64,000 bases of DNA from an uncultured Actinomycetota bacterium (GCA_963770565.1 CAVYQE010000001.1:416001-480000), one strand, 5' to 3'. Numbered from the stretch's first letter, positions 30,191 to 40,875 are shown. The notes: generated by a model from the letters alone, not told the origin. A program made the numbers and translations.

Positions 30191-31234
30191 ATGAAGGCAC
30201 TCGTTTATCACGGACCCGGCGAGAAGGCGTGGGACGACGTTCCCGACCCGGTCATCATCGATCCAACCGACGCGATCATCGGCGTCGATGCCGCAACGAT
30301 CTGCGGCACCGACCTGCACATCCTCAAGGGCGACGTACCCGCCGTCACGCCCGGCCGGATCCTCGGCCACGAGGCGATCGGCACGGTCGAGGCGGTCGGC
30401 AGCCAGGTGACGTCGGTTCGACCCGGCGACCGGGTGCTCGTGTCGTGCATCACCGCCTGCGGCCACTGCCGATACTGCCGCGACCACGCCTACGGCCAGT
30501 GCCTCGGCGGAGGCGGTTGGATCCTCGGGCACAAGATTGACGGCGTACAGGCGGAGTTCGTCCGCGTTCCGTTCGCCGACAACTCGACGTACCCGATTCC
30601 GGCCGGCGTCACCGACGAGGCCGTGCTGATGCTGGCCGACATCCTGCCGACGTCGTTCGAAGTCGGAGTGCTGAACGGGCAGGTCGAGCCCGGCAGCGTG
30701 GTGGCGATCGTCGGTGCCGGCCCGATCGGCCTGGCCGCGGTCCTCACCGCCCGGCTCTACACGCCGAGTCACATCGTGGCCATTGACGTGACCGACGCGC
30801 GGCTCGACCTGGCCAAGCGGTTCGGTGCCGACGTCGTGATCAATCCCGCCAACGAGGACGCGGTCGAGCGGGTTCGGCAGCTGACCGAAGGGTTGGGCGC
30901 GGACGTGTCGATCGAGGCGGTCGGCGTGCCGGACACCTTCGATCTCTGCACCCGACTGGTCCGTCCTGGTGGTCACATCGCCAACGTCGGTGTGCACGGA
31001 GCTCCGGTGACTCTGCACATGGAAGACCTGTGGATCCGCAACGTGACGATCACAACCGGTCTGGTCGACGCGTACTCGACGCCGATGCTGCTGAAGCTGC
31101 TCAGGGGCGGACAGCTCGACGCCGGTCGGTTCGTCACCCATCAGTTCGAGTTGAACGACATCATCAAGGCCTACGACGTGTTCGCAAACTCCGGAGACTC
31201 CGGGGCCTTGAAGGTGATGCTCACCAAGAACTGA
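30191..31234 (+). CDS. Zinc-dependent alcohol dehydrogenase
   Basis: CGTDLH, GHE, CGHCRYC...C, GAGPIG. Confidence 0.93.
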   Translation: MKALVYHGPGEKAWDDVPDPVIIDPTDAIIGVDAATICGTDLHILKGDVPAVTPGRILGHEAIGTVEAVGSQVTSVRPGDRVLVSCITACGHCRYCRDHAYGQCLGGGGWILGHKIDGVQAEFVRVPFADNSTYPIPAGVTDEAVLMLADILPTSFEVGVLNGQVEPGSVVAIVGAGPIGLAAVLTARLYTPSHIVAIDVTDARLDLAKRFGADVVINPANEDAVERVRQLTEGLGADVSIEAVGVPDTFDLCTRLVRPGGHIANVGVHGAPVTLHMEDLWIRNVTITTGLVDAYSTPMLLKLLRGGQLDAGRFVTHQFELNDIIKAYDVFANSGDSGALKVMLTKN

Positions 31235-31262
31235 GCCTTCGCCAGTTGCCGGCTCTCCCATA

Positions 31263-31287
31263 AAGTGATATCAATCAGATATCACTT
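31263..31287. promoter_or_regulatory. Palindromic operator upstream of the SPFH-RHH operon
   Basis: AAGTGATATC-N5-GATATCACTT perfect inverted repeat, AT-rich. Confidence 0.75.
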
Positions 31288-31305
31288 AGAGTGGGGAGCA
31301 AGGCG

Positions 31306-32220
31306 ATGAGCACAGGTCAGGATGTTCCGTTGCCGGTGGCCGCGCCGGTAGGACACGAAGGCGCGCGGGTCGAGATCCAGGAACGCCCGGCGCTCGCGAT
31401 CAACGGCTGGTACGGCGTCCTCGTGCTGGCGATCGCGATCGCCGCCGCGATCCTGGTCGGTCGGAGCTCGAACTCGGGGTGGACCTGGCTGCCGAGCCTG
31501 ATCGGCGTGATCGTGCTGATCTCGCTGACCATCGTGCAACCGGGTCAGACCCACGTCGTGCAGTTCTTCGGCCGATACATCGGCACGGTCCGTCGTACTG
31601 GTCTGGTGATGGTCCTGCCGCTGACGAATCGGCGCGGGGTCAGCGTGCGAGTGCGCAACTTCGAGACCAACCACCTCAAGGTCAATGACGCTGACGGCAA
31701 CCCGGTGGAGATCGCGGCAATCGTGGTGTGGCAGGTCGCTGACACCTCGCGAGCGCTCTTCGCCGTCGACAACTACCACAACTTCGTCTCGGTCCAGGCC
31801 GAGTCTGCGCTCCGGCACGTTGCAACCACGCACCCGTACGACAACGCCAACGAGGACGGTACGTCGTTGCGTGGCTCGACCGACATCGTTGCGGCCGAGC
31901 TCGCCACCGAGGTGGCGCAACGGGTCATCCTGGCCGGCGTCGAGATCGTCGAGGTGCGGATCAGCCACCTCGCCTACGCATCGGAAATCGCGCAGGCGAT
32001 GCTCCGCCGGCAGCAGGCGAATGCGGTGGTTGCCGCACGGTCACGGATCGTCGAAGGCGCGGTCGGGATGGTCGAGATGGCGCTGGCCCGGCTGAGCGAG
32101 CGCGAGATCGTCACTCTGGACGAGGAGCGCAAAGCGGCGATGGTCAGCAACCTGATGGTTGTCCTCTGTGGTGACCAACCGGCGTCACCCATCGTGAATG
32201 CCGGGTCGCTCTACACGTGA
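31306..32220 (+). CDS. SPFH/Band 7 domain membrane protein
   Basis: Two [33 protein letters not shown]. Confidence 0.9.
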   Translation: MSTGQDVPLPVAAPVGHEGARVEIQERPALAINGWYGVLVLAIAIAAAILVGRSSNSGWTWLPSLIGVIVLISLTIVQPGQTHVVQFFGRYIGTVRRTGLVMVLPLTNRRGVSVRVRNFETNHLKVNDADGNPVEIAAIVVWQVADTSRALFAVDNYHNFVSVQAESALRHVATTHPYDNANEDGTSLRGSTDIVAAELATEVAQRVILAGVEIVEVRISHLAYASEIAQAMLRRQQANAVVAARSRIVEGAVGMVEMALARLSEREIVTLDEERKAAMVSNLMVVLCGDQPASPIVNAGSLYT

Positions 32221-32417
32221 GCCAGGAGCGCAAGCCAGTCCTGTTGCGCATCGATCCTGAAGTGCACGATGCGTTGGCCCGGTGGGCGACCGACGAGTAT
32301 CGCAGCCTCAACGCCCACATAGAAATGCTGTTGCGCCAAGCCCTGACGAACGCGGGCCGGATGCCGAAGCGCGCCGGCCCGCTGCCGAAGCGGGGTCGCC
32401 CGCCTGCGGCTGGCTGA
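32217..32417 (+). CDS. Arc/ribbon-helix-helix DNA-binding protein
   Basis: RKPVLLRID...WA.DEYRSLNAHIE. Confidence 0.82.
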   Translation: MSQERKPVLLRIDPEVHDALARWATDEYRSLNAHIEMLLRQALTNAGRMPKRAGPLPKRGRPPAAG

Positions 32418-32429
32418 CGATTCAGTGCG

Positions 32430-34517
32430 CTAGGTCTTGACCGAGATCCTGGCGTGGAAGGTGGTCTTCACGCCGGTCGAGTCCGTCGCGGTCACCCTGA
32501 CGATGTACTTGCCCGCGTGGTGCCAGGTGTGCGACACGTTCAGGCCCTTGCTGGTGTGGTGGTCACCCCAGTTCCAGTGCACGTGCCGGACCTTGCCGCC
32601 GGTGTTCCGATCGATGACCTCGGCACTGAACTTGGCCTTGTGACCGGCCTGGATCACGATCGTGCGGAACACGACGATCTTGAGCTTCTTGCCGACGGTG
32701 ATCTTCCCGTGAGTGACGCTCTGGTGGCCTGAGCTGTCGGTCACGGTCAGGGTGACGGTGTGCGTGCCGGACTTCGTGTAGGTGTGCTTGGCGTGCACGG
32801 AGGTGCTGCTCGTGCTGCGACCGTCACCCCAGCTGTAGAAGTACTTGGTGATGTGGGCGCCGCTGATCCGCGGAGTCGCGTGCGCGGTGAAGGTCGCGGC
32901 ATGGTGCAGCTTCACCACCTTCGGCGTAGTGAGCGAGACGACCGGGCTGTTCGAGGTGAACAGTCGTACGCCGATCGGCGTCCCGACGCCGGACGGGCCG
33001 TCGTAGCCGATGCCCGCATTGCATTCAGAGCTCAGTGGCGGCGGTGACACCGGGTCGGTGTTGTTGCGCGGGAAGCTGCAATCGACCGTGCCGGCGCCGA
33101 GCGCGTTCGGGTTGTGGGTGGCGCCGTTGCTGAACTCGTCGAACACCGCGTTGCCGCAGTTCGTGGTGCTATCGCCGCCGCAGAAGCTGTTGCCGCCAAT
33201 CGTGATGTCGGTGAGCCAGCTCGGATGCAGCTTGGCGTTCTGGTAGATGGTCTGGGCCGGGTACGGCGTGCCGCCCGAGCCGCCGGCGAGTGCAAACAGC
33301 GCGGCCACGAGTGGTGAGGCGAGCGACGTCCCGCCGACGGTTCGCCAGCCGGCGTCCGAAGGAGCAGTTCCCCAGCTGTCGTACTCGTCGAAGCCGGTGG
33401 CCGGGTCGGCCAAGTCCGAGATGTCCGCGGCCAGCCGCTTGCCTGCGCATCCGGTCGCGCTGTATCCGCTGAAGTGTGCCTGCCAGCTCTTCGCGGTGAA
33501 CAGCTGACTGCAGCCGCCGCCGCCCGCGCCGTCGGACCGACCGTCGGTCGCCCCGTTGATGTCGTCGGCGCCATCGTTGTTCCAGACGTACTGGTTGCCG
33601 GTCGTGTCCGACGTCGGCTGGAAGCCGGTGCCGCCGACCGACACGACGTCGGGAGACGTGGACGGGAACGACGCGGCCTGTGGGTTCGGCGGTGACGCAG
33701 CGTTGGCGAAGTCCCAGTCGAACCAGCCGTCGTCACCGGTCGATGCCGTGATCACGACGCCCGGGTGGTTGAACGCGGCGACGAAGCTTGAGGGCAGCGG
33801 TCCTTCGGGGCCGCCGAAGGAGTTACTGACCTCGGTGGCGCCCATCCGCACCGCGGTGTTCTCGGCGGCGCCAATGTCCGTGACGGTGGGCCCCTTTGCC
33901 TCGACGAGCAAGATCCTGCAGGTGTTGCACACGCCGCGCACGGTCTCGACGTCGAGGGCGATCTCGTCCGCGGACGACCTGCCCTCCGAGCTCGACGGCA
34001 GTGGCGAGGTCTTGCCGTTCTGGTTGACCTTGCGGAACGACTTCGAGGTTTCGGCCTTCAGGCCGTACTGCGCATCGAAGTGTCCAAGGTCGCTGCGGAT
34101 GTGCGGGTCGTCGAACCAGTCGACGATGCCGACGGTCTGGCCGGACCGACTGAGGGCCGGGTTGAAGCCGTAGAACGACGCGAGGTCAGCGGGGGTGAAG
34201 CCGCCGGCCGGGCCCGGCCCGACGGTGTCCGACTTGAGGTACTCGTAGGCGCCCGGGGTGCCCTTTTTCACGGCAACCCGCTGCATCGCGTAGCAGGTCA
34301 CCTGCCCGACCTTCACGACCCTCGAGCACAGCGGTCGGTTCACGGCGTACCCGATCTCGCGCGCGGGCGCGTGCAGCGCGGGCTGCGGATGTCCCGGCAG
34401 CACGGTCGATGCGGACGCGGCGCTGCTCGCCATCAGGCCGCAGCCGATGGCGACGGCCGCAATCGCGGCGATCAGGCGCGGCCGACGGCCGACCGACAGG
34501 TGCAATGGAACCTTCAA
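32430..34517 (-). CDS. Secreted S53/S8-type serine peptidase with two PKD domains
   Basis: Signal peptide, EIALDVE, SNSFG, STGD, GGTSLASP, GYDGPSGVGTP; WGDG/WGDH PKD repeats. Confidence 0.85.
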   Translation of the reverse strand: MKVPLHLSVGRRPRLIAAIAAVAIGCGLMASSAASASTVLPGHPQPALHAPAREIGYAVNRPLCSRVVKVGQVTCYAMQRVAVKKGTPGAYEYLKSDTVGPGPAGGFTPADLASFYGFNPALSRSGQTVGIVDWFDDPHIRSDLGHFDAQYGLKAETSKSFRKVNQNGKTSPLPSSSEGRSSADEIALDVETVRGVCNTCRILLVEAKGPTVTDIGAAENTAVRMGATEVSNSFGGPEGPLPSSFVAAFNHPGVVITASTGDDGWFDWDFANAASPPNPQAASFPSTSPDVVSVGGTGFQPTSDTTGNQYVWNNDGADDINGATDGRSDGAGGGGCSQLFTAKSWQAHFSGYSATGCAGKRLAADISDLADPATGFDEYDSWGTAPSDAGWRTVGGTSLASPLVAALFALAGGSGGTPYPAQTIYQNAKLHPSWLTDITIGGNSFCGGDSTTNCGNAVFDEFSNGATHNPNALGAGTVDCSFPRNNTDPVSPPPLSSECNAGIGYDGPSGVGTPIGVRLFTSNSPVVSLTTPKVVKLHHAATFTAHATPRISGAHITKYFYSWGDGRSTSSTSVHAKHTYTKSGTHTVTLTVTDSSGHQSVTHGKITVGKKLKIVVFRTIVIQAGHKAKFSAEVIDRNTGGKVRHVHWNWGDHHTSKGLNVSHTWHHAGKYIVRVTATDSTGVKTTFHARISVKT

Positions 34518-34603
34518 TATGTGAACCTTCCCCGCGCCTTAGGCGCTCGCCTTTGGGCACGGTGACCCCACCTTGTGCCTTCTACTATGAAAACGTGATC
34601 TCC

Positions 34604-35740
34604 GTGACAAACCTGATCGGCCTAACGGGTGAACGCGAGGGCGTATTGCCCAGTCAGTGGCTCGCTTCGGCCATTTCCGAGGGCGTCATCGACGCCGGCG
34701 GCTTCACGATCCCGAAGGACAACATCCAGCCGGCCAGCCTCGACCTGCGGCTCGGCGAGGTCGCGTATCGGATCCGCTGCAGCTTCCTGCCCGGTGCCGA
34801 CACCGTCGAGCGACGGGTCAAGGACTTCGTCGTCGACGAGATCAACCTCCATCGCGAAGGTGTCGTGCTGGAGACCAACCGGCCTTATCTGATCCCGCTG
34901 AAGGAGCGGCTGTCGCTGCCGGCCGGCGTCCGTGGCAAGGCCAACCCGAAAAGCTCGACCGGCCGCGCCGACGTGTTCACCAGGGTGATCACCGACGGCA
35001 GTTCGCGCTTCGACGAGATCGCGGACGGCTATCACGGCGGGCTCTATCTCGAGGTTGTCCCGCTGTCGTTCCCGGTGCGGGTGCGCGAGGACCTTTCGCT
35101 CAACCAGCTGCGGCTCGCGATCGGCCGGGCCCAGCTCACCGATGACGAGGTACGCCGGCATCACGAAGCCGAGCCGATCCTCTACCTCGACGGCGAGCCG
35201 GTGCCGGTGGGCTCGCTCGAGCTCTCGGACGGTTTGTTCCTCGGCCTCGACCTGCGTGGCGACGCCCACGGGCGGGTCGGCTACCGGGCCCGCGAGAGCG
35301 CGCCGCTGCTCGACCTCACCCGCACCGGCGAGGCCGATCCGGACAGCTACTGGGAGTCGGTCCGTCGCGAGGACGGCGACCGGATCATCCTGAGTCCGCG
35401 CAACTTCTATCTGCTCATGTCGCGCGAGGCGGTGAGTATCCCGCCGTCGCTCGCCGCCGAGATGACGGCGTACGACCCGACCAGTGGCGAGTTGCGCACG
35501 CACTACGCCGGCTTCTTTGACCCCGGGTTCGGCTACGACCCGACCGGCGGATTCTCCGGGTCGACCGCGGCGCTCGAGGTCCGCGCGCACGACGTGCCGT
35601 TCATGGTCGAGCACCACCAGCGGGTCTGCAAGCTCACCTTCGAGCGGATGCTCGAGCCGCCGACCGTGCTCTACGGCCAGGGCATCGGGTCCAACTACCA
35701 GCGGCAGACCGAGACCCTCGGCAAGCACTTCCGTCGGTGA
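34604..35740 (+). CDS. dcd: 2'-deoxycytidine 5'-triphosphate deaminase (long two-domain type)
   Basis: IQPASLDLRLG, NPKSSTGR, HYAGFFDPGFG, LEVR, SNYQ. Confidence 0.85.
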   Translation: MTNLIGLTGEREGVLPSQWLASAISEGVIDAGGFTIPKDNIQPASLDLRLGEVAYRIRCSFLPGADTVERRVKDFVVDEINLHREGVVLETNRPYLIPLKERLSLPAGVRGKANPKSSTGRADVFTRVITDGSSRFDEIADGYHGGLYLEVVPLSFPVRVREDLSLNQLRLAIGRAQLTDDEVRRHHEAEPILYLDGEPVPVGSLELSDGLFLGLDLRGDAHGRVGYRARESAPLLDLTRTGEADPDSYWESVRREDGDRIILSPRNFYLLMSREAVSIPPSLAAEMTAYDPTSGELRTHYAGFFDPGFGYDPTGGFSGSTAALEVRAHDVPFMVEHHQRVCKLTFERMLEPPTVLYGQGIGSNYQRQTETLGKHFRR

Positions 35741-35773
35741 CGCCCGCCCGCGACGACCAGGCCTGATCGACCA

Positions 35774-35886
35774 CTCCCCGGTTCAGCACACAACAGCCGT
35801 CGCAGCGGCCGGCGGGACCGGACGAGCCGTGCGCGACGGACCCACAACGCACGTCCGACGGCGGCGTTGTGTGCTGAGACGGGGAG
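35774..35886. repeat. Long imperfect inverted repeat between convergent genes (terminator or MITE/REP-like)
   Basis: CTCCCCG..TCAGCACACAAC ... GTTGTGTGCTGA..CGGGGAG. Confidence 0.6.
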
Positions 35887-35920
35887 GGCGGGTCCGGGAG
35901 ATTCGCGGTACGGAGCGGGG

Positions 35921-38878
35921 TCAGTCGATCAGGTGGTTGCGGCGTGCGACGGCGACCGCCTCAGTGCGGCTCCCGGCGTCGAGCTTCGCCATGACGTTGG
36001 AGATGTGCACGCTCACCGTCTTGGCGCTGATGAACAGTTGCTGGGCGATCTCGCGATTGCTGCGCCCGGTGGCGACCAGCGTGAGCACCTCGCGCTCGCG
36101 GGTGGTCAGTGCGTCGGCGTCTCGCGACCTTGGCGCGCGGCCGGCAGTGGCGGTCGAGCCGGTCAGGGCCCGCAGCTCCTCGAGCAGCGGGCGCGCGCCG
36201 AGGGCGGTGGCTGACGCGCGCGCCAAGTCGGCTTCGGCGCCGGCCTCGGCGGACTTGCCGGCAGCGAACAGTACCGCGGCAAGTCGGGTGCGGCTGCGCG
36301 CGGTCTCATACACGTGCCCGAAGTCGTCGAACGTCGCGACCGCGTGCCGCCAGACGGCGATCAGGTCGGCCTCCTCGGGCGGGGTGATCCCGGCGAGCCA
36401 GTGCAAACGGGCGTGCTCGGCCTTGACCCGCGCCGTCCACGCCAGCCCTTCCGGGCCGACCGTTCGGCCTTTGGAGGCGATGACGTCGGCGGAGGCGGCG
36501 AGCTCGTCGCCACGGGCGACGAATGCCTCGCGCTCAGTCGCGGTCGCACCCGCGGCCGCGGTCGCGAGCTGGCCGAGCAGCAGCCCCGCCAGCCGGGTCC
36601 GCGCCGGGAACGCGGTGCGCTGCCACAACATGGAGACGGTGTCCACCGTGTCGTCGTGGACCGCGATGGCCCTCGCGATGTCGCCGGCCGCGCCGTGCAG
36701 GTCGATCGCGGCAGCACCGCTGGTGATCGGGACCAGGCCATCGATGTGCCACGACTTGCGCAGGCGCGGCATTGTTGCCAGCGCCCCGACGTCGCCGCGG
36801 CCGGCGGCGATCTCCAGCCCGATCGAGGTCAGCAACGCCTCGGCGAACTCCGGCGGCGACTCGCCGGTGACGTCGATCATCTTCTCGGCCGCCGCCCAGT
36901 CGCCGGTGACGACCGTCACGATCGCGCCGGTGGCCACCGCGTCCAGCCCGTACGGCGCCCACCGCCGGCCGATTCCGCACGCCTTGCGGACGGCTTGGTC
37001 GAACAGCTCGATCGCCGAGCTCAGCCGGCCCCGGGAGTACTGCATGCTCGCGAGGTGGTAGAGGCCGCGAAGCTCGGCGAAGGAGTCGCCGGCCGCCCTC
37101 GCCTCGTCGATGACCGCCGCGAGGGCCGACTCCGCGGCCTCCGGGTCGCCGGCTCGCTCGTCGAGCTTGGCCAGTTGGATCGTCGCGTCAGTCGCGACGG
37201 CGGCGAAGTTGAGGTCGCGCGCAATGGCCAGCGCCTCGGAGGCCCACATGGCGGCATCGTCGTCGCGGGCCCGGTCCGCGGTCGCTCGCGCGTGGACGCT
37301 GAGGATGTTGGCGCGCAGCTTGCTGGGCGGCTGGTCGGCCATCAGCTGGACCGCCTCGGTGGTGAGCGCGAGCAGGTCGAGCTTGTGATCCATCACCAGC
37401 GCGGTGACCGCGATCGCGTGGATCAGCCGCACCCGATCGAGCGGGGGCGCGTCCTCGGGCAGCGCGCCCAGCTGAGTCTCCGCCAGGGCCAGCGACCTGA
37501 CCAGGTGGCCGGCCGCGGCGGCCGCGTTGCTGGCCCGCACCACGACGTCGGTGCGGTCGAGCGGGTCGATGTCGCCGTCGGTGCTCGTGACCCCGGCTGC
37601 CACGCCGGGATCGGCTAGCAGCTCGAGGGCCATTTCGTAGTGCCGCAGCGCCTCCTCCGGGCCGCCAACCGACATCGCTTCGTCGCCGGCCTGGACGCTT
37701 GCGCGGGTCGCGGTGACCAGGTCGTGCGAGGCGCGCGCGTGCCGCGAAAGCTCCGCGGCCGAGCCTTCGACCCGATGGGCGGCGAGGGCACCGGCGTACA
37801 TCGCATGCAGTCGCACCCGCTCGCCGGGCAGCAGGTCCTGGTAGATCGCCTCGGCCAGCAGGGCGTGCCGGAAGGCGTAGCCGTCGGAGCCGAGCGCGAC
37901 CAGGATGTTGGCCTCGACCGCGGCGCGCAGCGCCTCCTCGAGCGCTGCTGCGTCGAGGTCGGTGCCGTGCGCGAGCAGGTTGTGCGACACCCGTCGCCCG
38001 GCCACCGCCGCGGCGCGCACGACCAGCCGGCCGTGGTCGTCGAGCTGGTCGAGCCGGACCAGAAGCAGGTCGGCCAGGTCGGCCGGGACCAGTCCGCCGC
38101 TGACCTCGGCGGCCGCGACCAGCTCCTCGATGAAGAACGGGTTGCCTTCGGCGCGGGTGAGGATCTGCCGGAGCTCCTGCTCTGGCATCGGGTCGGGGTG
38201 CAGCTCGCGGACCAGGTCGCGGGACTCCTGCTTGCTCAACGGGCCGAGTTGCAGGCGCGACACGGTCGGCAGCCGGACCCACTCGGACAGCGCGGTCCGC
38301 AGCGGGTGCCGGCGGTGTAGGTCGTCGCTGCGGTAGGTCGCGAGGATCGCGACCGGGGAGCTGAACTGTCGAGCGAACAGCAGCCGGAGCAGGTCCCGGG
38401 TGGACTGGTCGGCCCAATGGACATCCTCGACGATCAACAGGACGGAGGTGTCCTCGCTCAGCCGGGACAGACCGGCGTGTACCGCGTCGAACAGAGCGGC
38501 CCGTCCGGTCGGCTCGGGCGCGGGATCCTCGGTCAGCAGGCGGTGGGCCGGCATCAGGACCGAGATCGAAGGGTCAACGTCAACGAGCGAGGCCGCCAGC
38601 CCGGGGCTGTCCGCTGCCAGTCGGCCGAGTGCCTCGCTGAAGGGAAGGTACGGCGGCGAGCCGTCGCCGAAGTCGAGGCAGTGCCCCACCAGCACCCGCC
38701 AGCCGTCGGCGAGCACCCGGGCGCGCAGCTCGGCCACGAGCCGGCTCTTGCCGGCCCCGGCGTCGCCGCCGAGCAGCACTGCTCCGCCGGCGACGTCGCC
38801 GGCTCCGACCAGCTCGGCGAGCTGGCGGATCTCCTCGACCCGTCCCACCAGCGGCGTCGGCGTCACGTCTAACGGCAC
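35921..38878 (-). CDS. Large ATP-binding LuxR-family (LAL) regulator
   Basis: GDAGAGKS, VEDVHWAD, EGNPFF, FRHAL, C-terminal LTTREREVL...KTVSVH. Confidence 0.92.
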   Translation of the reverse strand: MPLDVTPTPLVGRVEEIRQLAELVGAGDVAGGAVLLGGDAGAGKSRLVAELRARVLADGWRVLVGHCLDFGDGSPPYLPFSEALGRLAADSPGLAASLVDVDPSISVLMPAHRLLTEDPAPEPTGRAALFDAVHAGLSRLSEDTSVLLIVEDVHWADQSTRDLLRLLFARQFSSPVAILATYRSDDLHRRHPLRTALSEWVRLPTVSRLQLGPLSKQESRDLVRELHPDPMPEQELRQILTRAEGNPFFIEELVAAAEVSGGLVPADLADLLLVRLDQLDDHGRLVVRAAAVAGRRVSHNLLAHGTDLDAAALEEALRAAVEANILVALGSDGYAFRHALLAEAIYQDLLPGERVRLHAMYAGALAAHRVEGSAAELSRHARASHDLVTATRASVQAGDEAMSVGGPEEALRHYEMALELLADPGVAAGVTSTDGDIDPLDRTDVVVRASNAAAAAGHLVRSLALAETQLGALPEDAPPLDRVRLIHAIAVTALVMDHKLDLLALTTEAVQLMADQPPSKLRANILSVHARATADRARDDDAAMWASEALAIARDLNFAAVATDATIQLAKLDERAGDPEAAESALAAVIDEARAAGDSFAELRGLYHLASMQYSRGRLSSAIELFDQAVRKACGIGRRWAPYGLDAVATGAIVTVVTGDWAAAEKMIDVTGESPPEFAEALLTSIGLEIAAGRGDVGALATMPRLRKSWHIDGLVPITSGAAAIDLHGAAGDIARAIAVHDDTVDTVSMLWQRTAFPARTRLAGLLLGQLATAAAGATATEREAFVARGDELAASADVIASKGRTVGPEGLAWTARVKAEHARLHWLAGITPPEEADLIAVWRHAVATFDDFGHVYETARSRTRLAAVLFAAGKSAEAGAEADLARASATALGARPLLEELRALTGSTATAGRAPRSRDADALTTREREVLTLVATGRSNREIAQQLFISAKTVSVHISNVMAKLDAGSRTEAVAVARRNHLID

Positions 38879-38984
38879 GAACCCATCATGCTGCGTGGCG
38901 GTGACGGTTCCTAGCGGGATTTCGCCCTCCCGCGCTCTGTGGAGCCGCGCGGAGTCAGGCGACCGAGCATCGTCCGCTCGCGTG

Positions 38985-39170
38985 TCAGTGGTGCGGGGCC
39001 GGCCGCAGGCCGGACGGGTGGTTGGCCTCGGCCCGCCGCTTCTGGCTGATCAGGCCGATCGGCCACTTGAGGTGCAGCTTGCGAGGTGACCGGGCGAATT
39101 CAGCCGCGAGCCGCTCGGCGCGGTAGTTCACGTCGGCGAGGGCCATGAGTTGAGTGGTCTGTCCGAGCAT
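38985..39170 (-). CDS. Small protein upstream of the LAL regulator
   Basis: AAGGGAAG RBS, ADVNYRAERL helix. Confidence 0.55.
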   Translation of the reverse strand: MLGQTTQLMALADVNYRAERLAAEFARSPRKLHLKWPIGLISQKRRAEANHPSGLRPAPHH

Positions 39171-39329
39171 CGTGGTCGCTTCCCTTCGGACGCTTTGCTG
39201 TCCTTGTTGACAGGCTCAACATTGCGCGTCTGAGGTAGGCCGCCACATCGGGAGGAATCCTTATTTCGAGCGTGGAATCGCGGCCGGACCGCCTTAGGCC
39301 GGAGGGGGTCCTTAGGCCGCCTTAGCCGC

Positions 39330-40823
39330 CTAGACCTTGACCTCCGCCAGCTCGAGTTCTGCCTTCGAAGGTGCTTTCGGCTCCCGCGCGAAGCGCGGAA
39401 GCAGCGGCGACAAGGCCAGCAGCGCGAGCGTCGTACCGATCTGGACGATCAGGACCCGCCGCAGGCCCAGGTGGAAGTCGCCGGACGTGATCGCGTCGAA
39501 GAAGATCGTGCCGAGGACGGCGACCCCGATCGAGTTGGCCAGCTGCTGTCCGGCGTTGAGGACGCCGGAGGCCGAGCCGGTCTCGGCATCGGTGACCGAC
39601 GCCAGGATGATGTCGAACATCGGCGCGACGACCAGCCCGAGACCCACGCCGGTCACGAGCAGACCGGGCATGAGGTCGAGGAAACCGATGGTGGAGTGCC
39701 CGCGCAGCGCCACGGCCAGCAGCACCCAGCCCAGGACGCTGACGGCCAGGCCCGCCTGCAGGGTCCGCCGGCCGAACTTCGGCCCGAGCACGCCGCCGGA
39801 CAGGCCGGCACCGATGACCAGGCCGACCGACAGCGGGACCGTGCAGATGGCTGCGTGGATCGGGGTGAAACCCTGCCCGATCTGCAGGAACAGGGTGGCG
39901 CAGAGCAAAGCGCCGCCCATCCCGCTGAAGAAGAGCATCGCGAAGACCAGGCCGGCCGAGTAGCCACGGTGCCCGAAGACGCTCGGCGTGACGAGCGGGG
40001 CCTGCCCGGCCGCATCCCGGCGGCGCTGGTGCGCGGCGAAGCCGAGCAGGAGCGCGATGCCGGCCGCGATCATCGTGTAGGTCCACCACGGCCAGCCGTA
40101 GACCCGGCCCTGGATCAGCGGATAGACGACAAGTACGGCGAATCCGCTCACCAGAGCGGTACCGGTCAGGTCGAGCCGGGTGCCGCGATCCGGGAGTGAG
40201 GGAGGCAGCAGCCGTGCGGCGCCGATGATCGCGGCGATCCCGAGCGGCACGTTGACGAGGAAGACCAGCCGCCAGCCGCTGCCGAACAGGTTCCAGTCGA
40301 TCAGCGAACCACCGATGATCGGGCCGAGCACGGCCGAGAAGCCGATCACCGGCCCGAAGATCGCGAAGGCCTGCTGGCGCTCGTCGGGCGGGAACACCTC
40401 ACGCAGGATGCCGAACCCCTGCGGCAGCATCAGCGCGGCGAACCCACCTTGGATCAACCGGGCCGCGATCAGGACCGTGGTGTCGGGGGCGAGGCCACAC
40501 AGGGTGGACGCCAGCACGAAGCCGGCCGCACCCATGAGGAACATCCGCTTGCGTCCGATCAGGTCGCCGAGCCGGCCGCCGGTGATCAGCCCGACCGCGA
40601 TCGCCAGCGGGTAGCCGCCGACGATCCACTGCAGCGAGGTCGACGACGCGTGGAACTGGCGAGCGATCTGTGGCGCCGCGACATTGACCACGGTGGAGTC
40701 GATCAGGTCCATGCACTCGGCGGCCAGCACGACCGCGAGGATCAGCCACCGGTGCCGGTAGAAGATCGAATCTGGGGCGGAAGCGTCGGCTTTCTCAGCG
40801 GCGGCGCGAACATCGTTCGTCAT
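39330..40823 (-). CDS. MFS efflux transporter (DHA2, 14 TM)
   Basis: DSTVVNVA, GRLGDLIGRK, GWRLVFLVNVP. Confidence 0.92.
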   Translation of the reverse strand: MTNDVRAAAEKADASAPDSIFYRHRWLILAVVLAAECMDLIDSTVVNVAAPQIARQFHASSTSLQWIVGGYPLAIAVGLITGGRLGDLIGRKRMFLMGAAGFVLASTLCGLAPDTTVLIAARLIQGGFAALMLPQGFGILREVFPPDERQQAFAIFGPVIGFSAVLGPIIGGSLIDWNLFGSGWRLVFLVNVPLGIAAIIGAARLLPPSLPDRGTRLDLTGTALVSGFAVLVVYPLIQGRVYGWPWWTYTMIAAGIALLLGFAAHQRRRDAAGQAPLVTPSVFGHRGYSAGLVFAMLFFSGMGGALLCATLFLQIGQGFTPIHAAICTVPLSVGLVIGAGLSGGVLGPKFGRRTLQAGLAVSVLGWVLLAVALRGHSTIGFLDLMPGLLVTGVGLGLVVAPMFDIILASVTDAETGSASGVLNAGQQLANSIGVAVLGTIFFDAITSGDFHLGLRRVLIVQIGTTLALLALSPLLPRFAREPKAPSKAELELAEVKV

Positions 40824-40853
40824 AACGAACACTGTTCCAACGAACAATGTTCG
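40807..40853. promoter_or_regulatory. Three TetR-type palindromic operators
   Basis: CGAACATCGTTCG, CGAACACTGTTCC and CGAACAATGTTCG between the divergent MFS and tetR genes. Confidence 0.75.
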
Positions 40854-40875
40854 TGTCAAGTGGTTTACTTGATCT

